Shown: positions 19,193 to 28,076 of the stretch, one piece after another | Layout of the letters: each line of letters begins with the position of its first letter | Numbering within the stretch: position 1 is the stretch's first letter | Source: Bacteroidota bacterium | GTDB lineage: Bacteria > Bacteroidota > Bacteroidia > 2-12-FULL-35-15 | Length of the DNA: 64,000 nt | Assembly: GCA_005772895.1 (NCBI GenBank) | Contig: SXIH01000067.1 | Span: forward strand, 13,163-77,162 | Direction: 5' to 3' | Notes under the pieces: generated by a model | The model's database searches: none | The model's input: the letters and a program-made list of their open reading frames with translations, nothing else | Told to the model about the DNA's origin: nothing | Position numbers and translations under genes: made by a program

Positions 19193-21856
19193 ATGGATAC
19201 CGAAAATCAACTTAATATTTCCGGACAAACTCCGAAAAAACCAAATCGTTTTTTTCGTTTTCTCAAGCGTCTTACTATTTTTTTTATTCTGCTTTTTGTT
19301 CTTCTAACCGGAACCGGTTTTGTGATTGGTTATTTCTATCAGGATGAGGTGAAAGAATATGTGATTGGTGAACTCAACAAACAATTAAATACCGAAATAA
19401 TTGTGGATGGAAAAGACATTGATTTTACAGTCATTAAAAATTTTCCATACGCATCGGTTGATTTCAAAAATGTAAAAGCATTAGAAGCTTTCAATCGAGA
19501 AGTACAAGAGCCCAGAAAGAAAGACACATTGTTTTCTGCCGGTACGATTTCCTTCCAATTTAATATTATGGACGTTTTTAAACAAAACTACCGTATCAAA
19601 AAAATGGAAATTGAAAATGTTGATTTGAAGGTGCGCATTGACAAGTATGGAAATGATAATTACCATTTTTGGAAAGAGTCAACTGATTCTGCAAACACTT
19701 CATTTGCATTTTCTTTGGAGGAAATTATTTTGAAAAAGATAAATGTCTCATTCAAAAATTTCAAAGCAAAACAAAACATTGATTTCTTGATTGAGGATTG
19801 CAATTTGGGAGGTAATTTTTCAGATGAAAAATATGATTTACAAACGACAAGTAACTTGTTTGTGAATGTGATAAAAATTGACAGCACTAATTTTTTACGT
19901 AAGAAAAATGTTCATTTGGAAGTTTCTTTGAATGTTGATAATACCTACCCGTCTTATAAAATAAAAAACGGAAAAATTAAAATTGAAGATTTGTTATTTG
20001 AAGTTGTGGGAAGCGTTTTAAACAGCAATAAAGAAGCAATTGTAAATCTGGGTGTAAAAGGAAAAGAAATGGACATTCAGTCGGTTTTATCATTGATTCC
20101 TAATAAATATAAAGGTGCAATGAATGAGTATGAAAGTGATGGGGAATTTTATTTTGATGCAATTATTAAAGGTGTTTTTTCAGCAAAGGAAAATCCTCAG
20201 ATTACTGCTGATTTTGGAATTAAGAACGCTGATATCACTCAAGTGAAAGACAATATAAAATTGCACAATGTAAATTTAAAAGGACACTATTTTAACGGAA
20301 ACAAAAATGCAAACGAACCGTCTTTGCTTACACTTATTCCTTTTTCTGCAACAATTGATGAAGGCACATTAGCCGGAGAATTGACTTTAAAAAATTTAGC
20401 AAGTCCAGCCTTCTCAGGAAAAATAAAAGCAAATTTGGATTTAGCAAACGTTCAAAAATTTATAAAAATTGATACTATTGAATCGGTCAATGGAAAAGTA
20501 AACATTGATGCTTCATTTAGTGGCGATGAAAAAAGTGTAAGCTCGGGAAATTATGAAAACATTACTACTACCGGTGATTTGAAAATTACTGACATGAATC
20601 TGAAGTTGAAAAATTATACGCTCAATTTTTCTGGAATTAATGGAGATTTCAAATTTGACAACAACGATTTAGCTGTGAATTCTTTTACAGGCAACATAGC
20701 AAAAAGTGATTTTGAGCTGAAAGGATTTTTTAGAAATATTGTAGGGTTTGTGATGAAAGAAAATGAAAGCATTATGGTAGAAGCAACACTGAATTCTGAA
20801 AATATAGATTTGAATGAATTGCTTTCAAACAAATCGGAGGAAAGTAAACCGGGAAAATATAAGCTGAGGTTTTCTGAATTTATTGATGTGAATTTGAACA
20901 GTGAAATTCAACATTTGGTGTTCAGGAAATTTGATGCAACAAATATTCATGGTGTTATCAAAATAAAAGATAAAAAAATGGTGGTTGACCCAATTGTGTT
21001 AAACACAATGAGTGGAAGCATTACTACCAGTGGTTTGATTGATGGGACCGACAGTACTAAATTGTTAATTACCTGTTTTTCGGATGTGAATAGAATAAAC
21101 ATTACAAAAATGTTTGAAGGATTCGAAAATTTTGGTCAGACAGCAGTAACGGATAAAAATTTAAAAGGAGTAGCAACCGCTAAAATTCAATTCGCATCAA
21201 TTTTGAGTCCGGATTTAAAGATGGATCTTGACAAATTATACGCAGGTGTGGAAATGACAGTTGAGAATGGAGAAATGAACAATGTAGAAGCAATGAAAAG
21301 TTTATCGCGATTTATAGAATTAAAAGATTTGGAGAACGTAAAATTTGCAACATTAAAAAATCAAATCGAAATAAAAAATCAGGTAATCACCATTCCTAAA
21401 ATGGAAGTAAAATCAAATGCTATAAATATAACAGCATCGGGTACACACACTTTCAAAAATGAAATTAATTACAGAGTAAAATTATCACTAAACGAATTGT
21501 TATCTAAAAAAGCTAAGAAAGCAAAAAAGGAAAATGATGAATTTGGAGAAATAGCAGATGATGGTTTAGGAAGAACTAATATTTTTTTATTAATGACAGG
21601 AACGGTTGAGAATCCAACCATAAAATACGATTCGAAAAGTGCTATAAAAAATGTGCAACAAGATTTGAAAGTAGAGAAACAAACGCTTAAAACAATTTTA
21701 AAGGAGGAATTTGGTTTGTTTAAGAAAGACACAACATTGAATAATAAAACTCCTAAAGACGATACCAAATTCATCATAAAATGGGATGAATCTGACAAAA
21801 AAGAGGAGAAAAAGGAGCTGAAAAAGCTTAAAAAACCTGAAGAAGAGGATTTTTAG
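19193..21856 (+). CDS. AsmA-family protein
   Basis: N-terminal TM anchor, extended beta-rich body, AsmA-like C-terminus (IPKMEVKSNA...SGTHTF). Confidence 0.85.
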   Translation: MDTENQLNISGQTPKKPNRFFRFLKRLTIFFILLFVLLTGTGFVIGYFYQDEVKEYVIGELNKQLNTEIIVDGKDIDFTVIKNFPYASVDFKNVKALEAFNREVQEPRKKDTLFSAGTISFQFNIMDVFKQNYRIKKMEIENVDLKVRIDKYGNDNYHFWKESTDSANTSFAFSLEEIILKKINVSFKNFKAKQNIDFLIEDCNLGGNFSDEKYDLQTTSNLFVNVIKIDSTNFLRKKNVHLEVSLNVDNTYPSYKIKNGKIKIEDLLFEVVGSVLNSNKEAIVNLGVKGKEMDIQSVLSLIPNKYKGAMNEYESDGEFYFDAIIKGVFSAKENPQITADFGIKNADITQVKDNIKLHNVNLKGHYFNGNKNANEPSLLTLIPFSATIDEGTLAGELTLKNLASPAFSGKIKANLDLANVQKFIKIDTIESVNGKVNIDASFSGDEKSVSSGNYENITTTGDLKITDMNLKLKNYTLNFSGINGDFKFDNNDLAVNSFTGNIAKSDFELKGFFRNIVGFVMKENESIMVEATLNSENIDLNELLSNKSEESKPGKYKLRFSEFIDVNLNSEIQHLVFRKFDATNIHGVIKIKDKKMVVDPIVLNTMSGSITTSGLIDGTDSTKLLITCFSDVNRINITKMFEGFENFGQTAVTDKNLKGVATAKIQFASILSPDLKMDLDKLYAGVEMTVENGEMNNVEAMKSLSRFIELKDLENVKFATLKNQIEIKNQVITIPKMEVKSNAINITASGTHTFKNEINYRVKLSLNELLSKKAKKAKKENDEFGEIADDGLGRTNIFLLMTGTVENPTIKYDSKSAIKNVQQDLKVEKQTLKTILKEEFGLFKKDTTLNNKTPKDDTKFIIKWDESDKKEEKKELKKLKKPEEEDF

Positions 21857-21930
21857 AGTAAATTGCTATCTGTAACAGTGTTTCTCCTAAAAAACACTAA
21901 TTTCGTACTCCAAATTAAAAAGGGCAATTC

Positions 21931-23433
21931 GTGAGCATTTATTCAAAAAAGCAGCAATGGAAATTGTGGTTGTTTGTAGCAGCCATTCTTATTATTGGTG
22001 TGTCCTTATGGTATACAAATACGTTGGTCAATAAAATTGCTCAGGAAGAAAGAGTGAAGGTAAAGCTATGGGCGGATGCAATTAAAAAGAAAGCCGACTT
22101 AGTAAAATACACCAACGAACTTTTTAATAAAATTAAAATTGATGAACGTAAAAAGGTAGAGTTGTGGGCTGAAGCAACTCGTCAGCTTTCTCAAGATTTA
22201 AGTGATTACGGTTTCGTTTTAAAAGTGGTTTCTGATAATACAACTGTCCCCGTTATTTTAACTGACGATCATGGAACTGTTATTACCTCCCGAAATTTAG
22301 ATCCAGAAAAAGAAAATGACAAAACATATCTGAAGTTGCAAATGCAAGCAATGCGTGCTAAGCAAGAACCAATTGAGATTACAATCTATAAAGGACAAAA
22401 AAATTATTTATACTACCAGGATTCAAAATTATTTTCTGAGTTGAAAAATAATTTGGACGATCTAATAAAATCTTTTATTTCTGAAGTAGCCGTTAACTCA
22501 GCATCTGTGCCGGTAATTTATACCGACTCAACCCGCTTAAATGTAATCGCTTCCGGTAATGTTGATTCTGTTAAAATTTCTGACCCCGGATATTTAAAGC
22601 AAACATTATCGATTATGTCGGCACAAAACCCACCCATTGAAGTGGAAATTGGTAATGGAAATAAAAGTTATATTTTCTATCAGGAGTCGACTTTGCTTAC
22701 TCAATTAAAATATTACCCTTATGTGATGTTTACTATCATTGGATTATTTTTATTGGTAGCTTATTTATTATTCAGCACAGCAAGAAGAGTAGAGCAAAAT
22801 CAAGTTTGGGTGGGAATGGCAAAAGAAACGGCTCATCAGCTAGGAACTCCATTGTCATCGTTAATTGCTTGGTTAGAATATTTACGATCAAAAGGTTTGG
22901 ATCCAGAAACAGCTGCAGAAATAGAAAAAGATGTTAAACGATTGGAAACAATTACAGAACGTTTTTCTAAAATTGGTTCTGTTCCCAAATTGGATTCAGT
23001 CGACTTAGTGAAAGTGCTTGATGTAGCAGTGAATTATATGAAGTTGAGAACTTCAAAAAATGTTATTTTCACCATTGAGACAAACAATCAAAAAGAAGTT
23101 TTCGGTCAATTGAATGTTCCTTTATTTGAATGGGTAATCGAAAATTTAATTCGGAATGCAGTTGATGCAATGGATGGAAACGGGTCAATTGTTATTTCAC
23201 TTTCCGACCAAACACAATTTGTTTACATTGATATTGCCGATACTGGAAAAGGAATTCCTAAATCGAAATACAAAACGGTTTTTGAGCCAGGCTATACAAC
23301 CAAACAACGTGGTTGGGGTTTAGGTTTGTCATTAACAAAACGTATTATCGAAAATTACCATGCAGGAAAAATATTTGTAAAGAGTTCTGAAATTGATAAG
23401 GGAACTACTTTTAGAATTGTGCTAAATAAATAA
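21931..23433 (+). CDS. Sensor histidine kinase (orphan) with internally duplicated sensor region
   Basis: H-box ETAHQLGTPLS, N-box ENLIRNAVDAM, DTGKGI and GWGLGL; two TM helices; GTG start. Confidence 0.95.
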   Translation: MSIYSKKQQWKLWLFVAAILIIGVSLWYTNTLVNKIAQEERVKVKLWADAIKKKADLVKYTNELFNKIKIDERKKVELWAEATRQLSQDLSDYGFVLKVVSDNTTVPVILTDDHGTVITSRNLDPEKENDKTYLKLQMQAMRAKQEPIEITIYKGQKNYLYYQDSKLFSELKNNLDDLIKSFISEVAVNSASVPVIYTDSTRLNVIASGNVDSVKISDPGYLKQTLSIMSAQNPPIEVEIGNGNKSYIFYQESTLLTQLKYYPYVMFTIIGLFLLVAYLLFSTARRVEQNQVWVGMAKETAHQLGTPLSSLIAWLEYLRSKGLDPETAAEIEKDVKRLETITERFSKIGSVPKLDSVDLVKVLDVAVNYMKLRTSKNVIFTIETNNQKEVFGQLNVPLFEWVIENLIRNAVDAMDGNGSIVISLSDQTQFVYIDIADTGKGIPKSKYKTVFEPGYTTKQRGWGLGLSLTKRIIENYHAGKIFVKSSEIDKGTTFRIVLNK

Positions 23434-24575
23434 TGGCCGGCATCTACATTCATATTCCTTTTTGTAAACAAGCTTGCCATTACTGCGATTTTCACTTTTC
23501 CACATCTCTTCAAAATAAAGATGCCTTTTTAATAGCATTGAAAAAAGAAATTGTTCTTCAGAAAGCATATCTGAAATCAGAAAAAATTTCTACTGTTTAT
23601 TTTGGAGGAGGAACGCCTTCTTTACTTTCTAAAAATGAGTTAAATGAAATTTTTGATTGTCTGAAAAATAATTTTCAAATTGAAGAGGATGCCGAAATTA
23701 CATTGGAAGCCAATCCGGATGATTTAACGACAGAGAAAATTAAAGATTTGAAAGATACATCGGTCAACCGTTTGAGCATTGGAATTCAAAGTTTTTATGA
23801 TGAAGATTTAAAGTTGATGAATAGGGCACATTCTGCAGAAGAAAGTATTAAAGCAGTAAAACTTGCTCAGGAAAATGGTTTTGATAATATTACCATTGAT
23901 TTGATTTATGGGATTCCCGGACTTACAGATCATCGTTGGAGAAATAATTTACAAATTGCTTTTGCTTTGAATGTAAATCATATTTCTGCTTATTGCTTAA
24001 CAGTTGAACCTAAAACAGTATTGGCCAATCAAGTGAAAAAAGGCTTAGTGAAAAATGTAGATGAGCAACAAAGTTCAGAGCAATTTGAAATAATGTTGGA
24101 AGCCATGCATCAAAATGATTTTGTTCAATATGAAATTTCTAATTTTTGTAGGAATGGAGCTTTTTCAAAACACAACAGTAATTATTGGAAAAAAGAAATT
24201 TATTTAGGATTAGGTCCTTCTGCACATTCCTTTAATGGTTCAAGCCGTCAATGGAATGTTTCAAATAATGTATTGTATATTCAATCGATTGAAAAGGGAG
24301 TGCCAAATTTTGAAAAAGAAATTTTATCTGAAGCGCAACGCTACAACGAATATGTGATGACATCCTTAAGAACCATCTGGGGTATAGATTTGAAGTATGT
24401 TGAGCAACATTTCGGAAAAGAATATTTGGATTATTGTTTGAAAGAGGTTGGGGAATATATTAAATCAGAGAGTGTATTAGCTGAAGAAAATAAATTATAT
24501 TTATCGGATAAAGGAAAATTAATTGCAGATAAAATTGCTAGTGACCTTTTTTTTGTCCCTCTTAGGAGAGGGTAG
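23433..24575 (+). CDS. hemW: Radical SAM heme chaperone HemW
   Basis: IYIHIPFCKQACHYCDF, YFGGGTPS and YEISNF...HNSNYW motifs. Confidence 0.95.
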   Translation: MAGIYIHIPFCKQACHYCDFHFSTSLQNKDAFLIALKKEIVLQKAYLKSEKISTVYFGGGTPSLLSKNELNEIFDCLKNNFQIEEDAEITLEANPDDLTTEKIKDLKDTSVNRLSIGIQSFYDEDLKLMNRAHSAEESIKAVKLAQENGFDNITIDLIYGIPGLTDHRWRNNLQIAFALNVNHISAYCLTVEPKTVLANQVKKGLVKNVDEQQSSEQFEIMLEAMHQNDFVQYEISNFCRNGAFSKHNSNYWKKEIYLGLGPSAHSFNGSSRQWNVSNNVLYIQSIEKGVPNFEKEILSEAQRYNEYVMTSLRTIWGIDLKYVEQHFGKEYLDYCLKEVGEYIKSESVLAEENKLYLSDKGKLIADKIASDLFFVPLRRG

Positions 24576-24582
24576 GGAGAGG
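24557..24582 (+). repeat. REP-like element (ccctct-tagg-agaggg-tagggagagg) overlapping the hemW stop
   Basis: GC-rich mini-palindrome with purine tail in an AT-rich context. Confidence 0.5.
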
Positions 24583-24598
24583 ATAAAACTTATAAATC

Positions 24599-25357
24599 AT
24601 GATTTCAAAAATTACTCATAAAGGAAAATCATACAATGTTGATTTGGCTAAACCAATCGATATTTCTATTCCACTAAGAACAGGAAAAGAAAATGTGAAT
24701 GCCTGGTATTCAAATCCTGTTAGCATAGAACCGGTTAGGATGGGAGATTGGATTGGGGATGTGAAGCAAGGTGGCTCGGTAAATTTCAGAAACATTATGT
24801 TTAATCCGCATGGAAACGGAACGCATACCGAATGTGTTGGACATATCAGCAAAGAAGATTATACGATTAATCAAACTTTAAAGAAATTCTTTTTCATGGC
24901 TGAGGTTATTACGATTCTTCCAGACGAATTAGAAAATGGAGATAAAGTCATTACAAAAAAGCACATTGAAAGTTGTTTAGGAGAAAAAAGACCAGAAGCA
25001 ATTATAATTCGTACGCTTGATAATCACATTTCAAAAATCAATAAACAATATTCAAATACTAATCCTCCTTATTTATTAGAAGAAGCAGCAAAATACATTG
25101 ATGCATTGGGAATTGATCATTTGATGATTGATTTGCCATCGGTTGATAAAGAGGTGGATGATGGAAAATTATTGGCACATCATGCATTCTGGCAATATCC
25201 TCACAATACACAATTGCATCGTACAATTACCGAAATGATTTATGTTCCGAACACCGTTTATGATGGAACGTATTTGTTGAATATTCAAATTGCAAGTTTT
25301 GAAAACGATGCTTCTCCGAGTAAGCCATTGTTGTTTCAGTTGAATGTAGCAGTATAA
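24599..25357 (+). CDS. Cyclase-family metal-dependent hydrolase (kynurenine formamidase-like)
   Basis: HGNGTHTECVGH, IDLPSVD and DASPS motifs. Confidence 0.9.
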   Translation: MISKITHKGKSYNVDLAKPIDISIPLRTGKENVNAWYSNPVSIEPVRMGDWIGDVKQGGSVNFRNIMFNPHGNGTHTECVGHISKEDYTINQTLKKFFFMAEVITILPDELENGDKVITKKHIESCLGEKRPEAIIIRTLDNHISKINKQYSNTNPPYLLEEAAKYIDALGIDHLMIDLPSVDKEVDDGKLLAHHAFWQYPHNTQLHRTITEMIYVPNTVYDGTYLLNIQIASFENDASPSKPLLFQLNVAV

Positions 25358-25392
25358 AAAAACACCCCGCTCAATCTGAACGAGGTGCTTTT
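25356..25392. terminator. Probable intrinsic terminator between convergent genes
   Basis: aaaaaacaccccg...cgaggtgctttt. Confidence 0.55.
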
Positions 25393-25452
25393 CAATCTAA
25401 ACTAAACTTAATTAAAATAGGGTTTCATGAAATGAAAGCTGTAGTTTAATTT

Positions 25453-25472
25453 ATCCCGACAAAAGTCGGGAT
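25453..25472. repeat. Mini-palindrome atcccgac-aaaa-gtcgggat
   Basis: Perfect 8-bp stem; same TCCCGA/TCGGGA family as the inserts at ~49125 and 51952. Confidence 0.7.
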
Positions 25473-25480
25473 CTTTCTTC

Positions 25481-26932
25481 TTACATCGCAAACGTAACTC
25501 CCACCGTGAACGGATAAACTTGTGGTCCTTTGTCTTTTTTGAATAATCTGTTCAATCCGTAATTTGCAAAGATGGTTACATCATTAAATCCTATTCTTGC
25601 AACAGCACTGTAGCGGAATGGTTCCAAGTTGAAATCATCTTTTTGTTTGATTTTAATGCGCTTGTCATCTGCTTCGTATTTTTGTTTTGTAACAGAGTGA
25701 ATTCTGTAAGCAATTTCTGCCCCAACTCCAATGTGTAAATTTTTACGAGGATTTTTGCTTGTATTGAATTCCAACATCAGTGGAACTTTTATGTAAGTAA
25801 CGTTTAAAATATTTTTTTTGTAATCAATTGTTGAGTCGATTGTTGCTGATAAATAAGTAGTGTCGCCATTTAAAGTAATGTTATTTTGAAAGGCGTAGGT
25901 GTTAAAATCAAAACCAAATCCAGTAACTAAGTTCATATAGTTCTTCACGATGTGAAAATCTTTTTCGTAAAGATTTAATCCAAATTGGCTAGACTTTGCA
26001 TAGTCTAATTCTAAAAAACTTGCGCTTGGTCCGAGGTCGATGCTGTTTTTGTAATCCATTAAGCCGTTTACACCAAATTCAATTCCGTTCCAGTGTTTAA
26101 ATTTATCGTTGTGATTGCGGGCAGAATCTTTTCCGGAGTATTTGTCATATTTATCTTCATCCTCATCATCACCAATAATCACATAGTTTTTTCCACCCAA
26201 TCTGATTTTAGTTGTATCGCTTGCAGTTTCTGAACCTGTTCCATCTTTGCTTTCGCGAACCGAACCTGCTCCGGAAATATTTACATTTCTGTCAACCGGG
26301 TTCCCTTTATAGATAACCGATCCGGCTCCTGAAACGTCAGCAGTTAAGCTTTGACTAACATTTACTTTTGCATCACCTGCTCCTGAAACTTTTGCAGTAA
26401 TTTTCATAGCTTCCAAATTAGAAGCTTTTAAATCTCCTGCTCCTGATACAGTTGCATCCAATGTTTGGGTGCTTCCTTTTAAAGTCACATCTCCAGCACC
26501 ACTTATATCTGCTTTTATATCGTTAGCTTTTAAATCCAAATGAATATCACCAGCTCCGTTTGTCAGAATACTTAATTTATCGCAAATTAATTGGTTCTCA
26601 CTTTTTATATCAGATGCTCCTGAGACTTCAATACTTGACAGCGATTTAATAGAAATGGCTATTGTGATATCATCATCTCCTTTTATGTTTCCTGCAGTAG
26701 AGATAACCAAGACGCCATCTTTTACATCTGTTTTAATTTGTTCCAAAACATTTTCAGGAGCATTTATTTTTACTGAGTTTACATCGCTTTGAGTGATTTT
26801 TATATCAAAAGCATCACCGGCTTCTATTCCGGTAAAATCTCCAACCGTTCTTGTTTGTTGAGCTGTTGCCGTTAAAAAGGATAAACCTGTTATTAGTGTT
26901 AATCCTAAAATTTTTGTCTTTATAGTGTTCAT
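25481..26932 (-). CDS. DUF2807 (GIN beta-helix) domain fused to an outer-membrane beta-barrel
   Basis: Repeated (V/I)SGAGD turns in the N-terminal half; barrel-like C-terminal half (YIKVPLMLEF, ARIGF, ending VGVTFAM). Confidence 0.85.
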   Translation of the reverse strand: MNTIKTKILGLTLITGLSFLTATAQQTRTVGDFTGIEAGDAFDIKITQSDVNSVKINAPENVLEQIKTDVKDGVLVISTAGNIKGDDDITIAISIKSLSSIEVSGASDIKSENQLICDKLSILTNGAGDIHLDLKANDIKADISGAGDVTLKGSTQTLDATVSGAGDLKASNLEAMKITAKVSGAGDAKVNVSQSLTADVSGAGSVIYKGNPVDRNVNISGAGSVRESKDGTGSETASDTTKIRLGGKNYVIIGDDEDEDKYDKYSGKDSARNHNDKFKHWNGIEFGVNGLMDYKNSIDLGPSASFLELDYAKSSQFGLNLYEKDFHIVKNYMNLVTGFGFDFNTYAFQNNITLNGDTTYLSATIDSTIDYKKNILNVTYIKVPLMLEFNTSKNPRKNLHIGVGAEIAYRIHSVTKQKYEADDKRIKIKQKDDFNLEPFRYSAVARIGFNDVTIFANYGLNRLFKKDKGPQVYPFTVGVTFAM

Positions 26933-27033
26933 GATTTTTGGTTTTTCTATTTATAATTTTGTAAAATTTATCAGCGCTTTATGTTTGTTTTTGAATAGGA
27001 CGATCAGGTGCTCTATAAGTTACAGCAGTGAAA

Positions 27034-27864
27034 TTATTTTTCGTAAGTAACGGTTGAATTAAAGCCAATACCCACCGGGGTAGCTTTTTGCCAGGTATCC
27101 TGACTCGTTTTTCTCCACATACTATTGCTGTCCATAAGACCAACACAAAAATATAGTTTGTTAGGCCCGTAATCTTCAATCCATTCTAATGAAACTAAAT
27201 AATCGGTATCTACCCATATATTATACTTTTTCATATCTACTGATAATGTTCCTGATTTTATGGATGTATTAACGTATATGGGTTCTTTTAAAAGAATGGA
27301 ATCTGGTTTTCCGTTTTTCATTGAATAGATATTGACACGAAATTTTAAATTCTCGATTTCATTTTTTGCAATATTGAAATTTACATTTTCAATATACGTT
27401 GGAGCTTTTTTGAGCTTCATAATTGTTCCCATCTCCGAACCTAAGTCGTTGGACTTAAATCCGGCCATTGCACTTTTATTATTGTTCTTATTTCCGAGCA
27501 CTTTGGTTTTTAATATTTTTGGTTTTACAACTACTTGAGATAATGTAAAAGTGTTGGGTTCTAAAAGAATGAGATTGGAGTTCTTGTTCAGTATTTTTAT
27601 CAAATCTTTAACAATATAACTTTGACTTTTATATCCAATGCACGAAAATTTTATTGTCTGAGAACTAACAGAATCGGGTAATTGAATAGTGAATTTCCCA
27701 TCCATGTCAGATACTGTTCCAATTCCTTTTCCTACAATTCCTACATTGATATAAGGCAATTCGTGTTTATCATTGGCATCTATAATTTTTCCGCTAATTG
27801 TTTGAGCCAAACAGCCCGAATCAATAGATAGCATTAAAAGTATAAATAATGAGATATGCTTCAT
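27034..27864 (-). CDS. Carboxypeptidase-like regulatory domain-containing secreted protein
   Basis: ISGKIID...LPYINVGI..KGIGTVSD.DGKF...FSCIGY; start moved to MKHISL. Confidence 0.85.
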   Translation of the reverse strand: MKHISLFILLMLSIDSGCLAQTISGKIIDANDKHELPYINVGIVGKGIGTVSDMDGKFTIQLPDSVSSQTIKFSCIGYKSQSYIVKDLIKILNKNSNLILLEPNTFTLSQVVVKPKILKTKVLGNKNNNKSAMAGFKSNDLGSEMGTIMKLKKAPTYIENVNFNIAKNEIENLKFRVNIYSMKNGKPDSILLKEPIYVNTSIKSGTLSVDMKKYNIWVDTDYLVSLEWIEDYGPNKLYFCVGLMDSNSMWRKTSQDTWQKATPVGIGFNSTVTYEK

Positions 27865-28076
27865 TTCATTGGTTTTTACGTGGGACGACCTTCTCCACAA
27901 AAGGTTACATTTTAATAAATTTTATTTTACCTCTTTTTAGTCGCTATTTACCGCTCAAAAGCAACTAATTTGAATTTAAAGGCGTCTTTTGGTTAATTAA
28001 CAAAGACTTGTGTATAAGAGTTTTTTAGTATTTTTATATTTAAAGTATTTGTAGCATATTTGTAAGGAAATTGATT

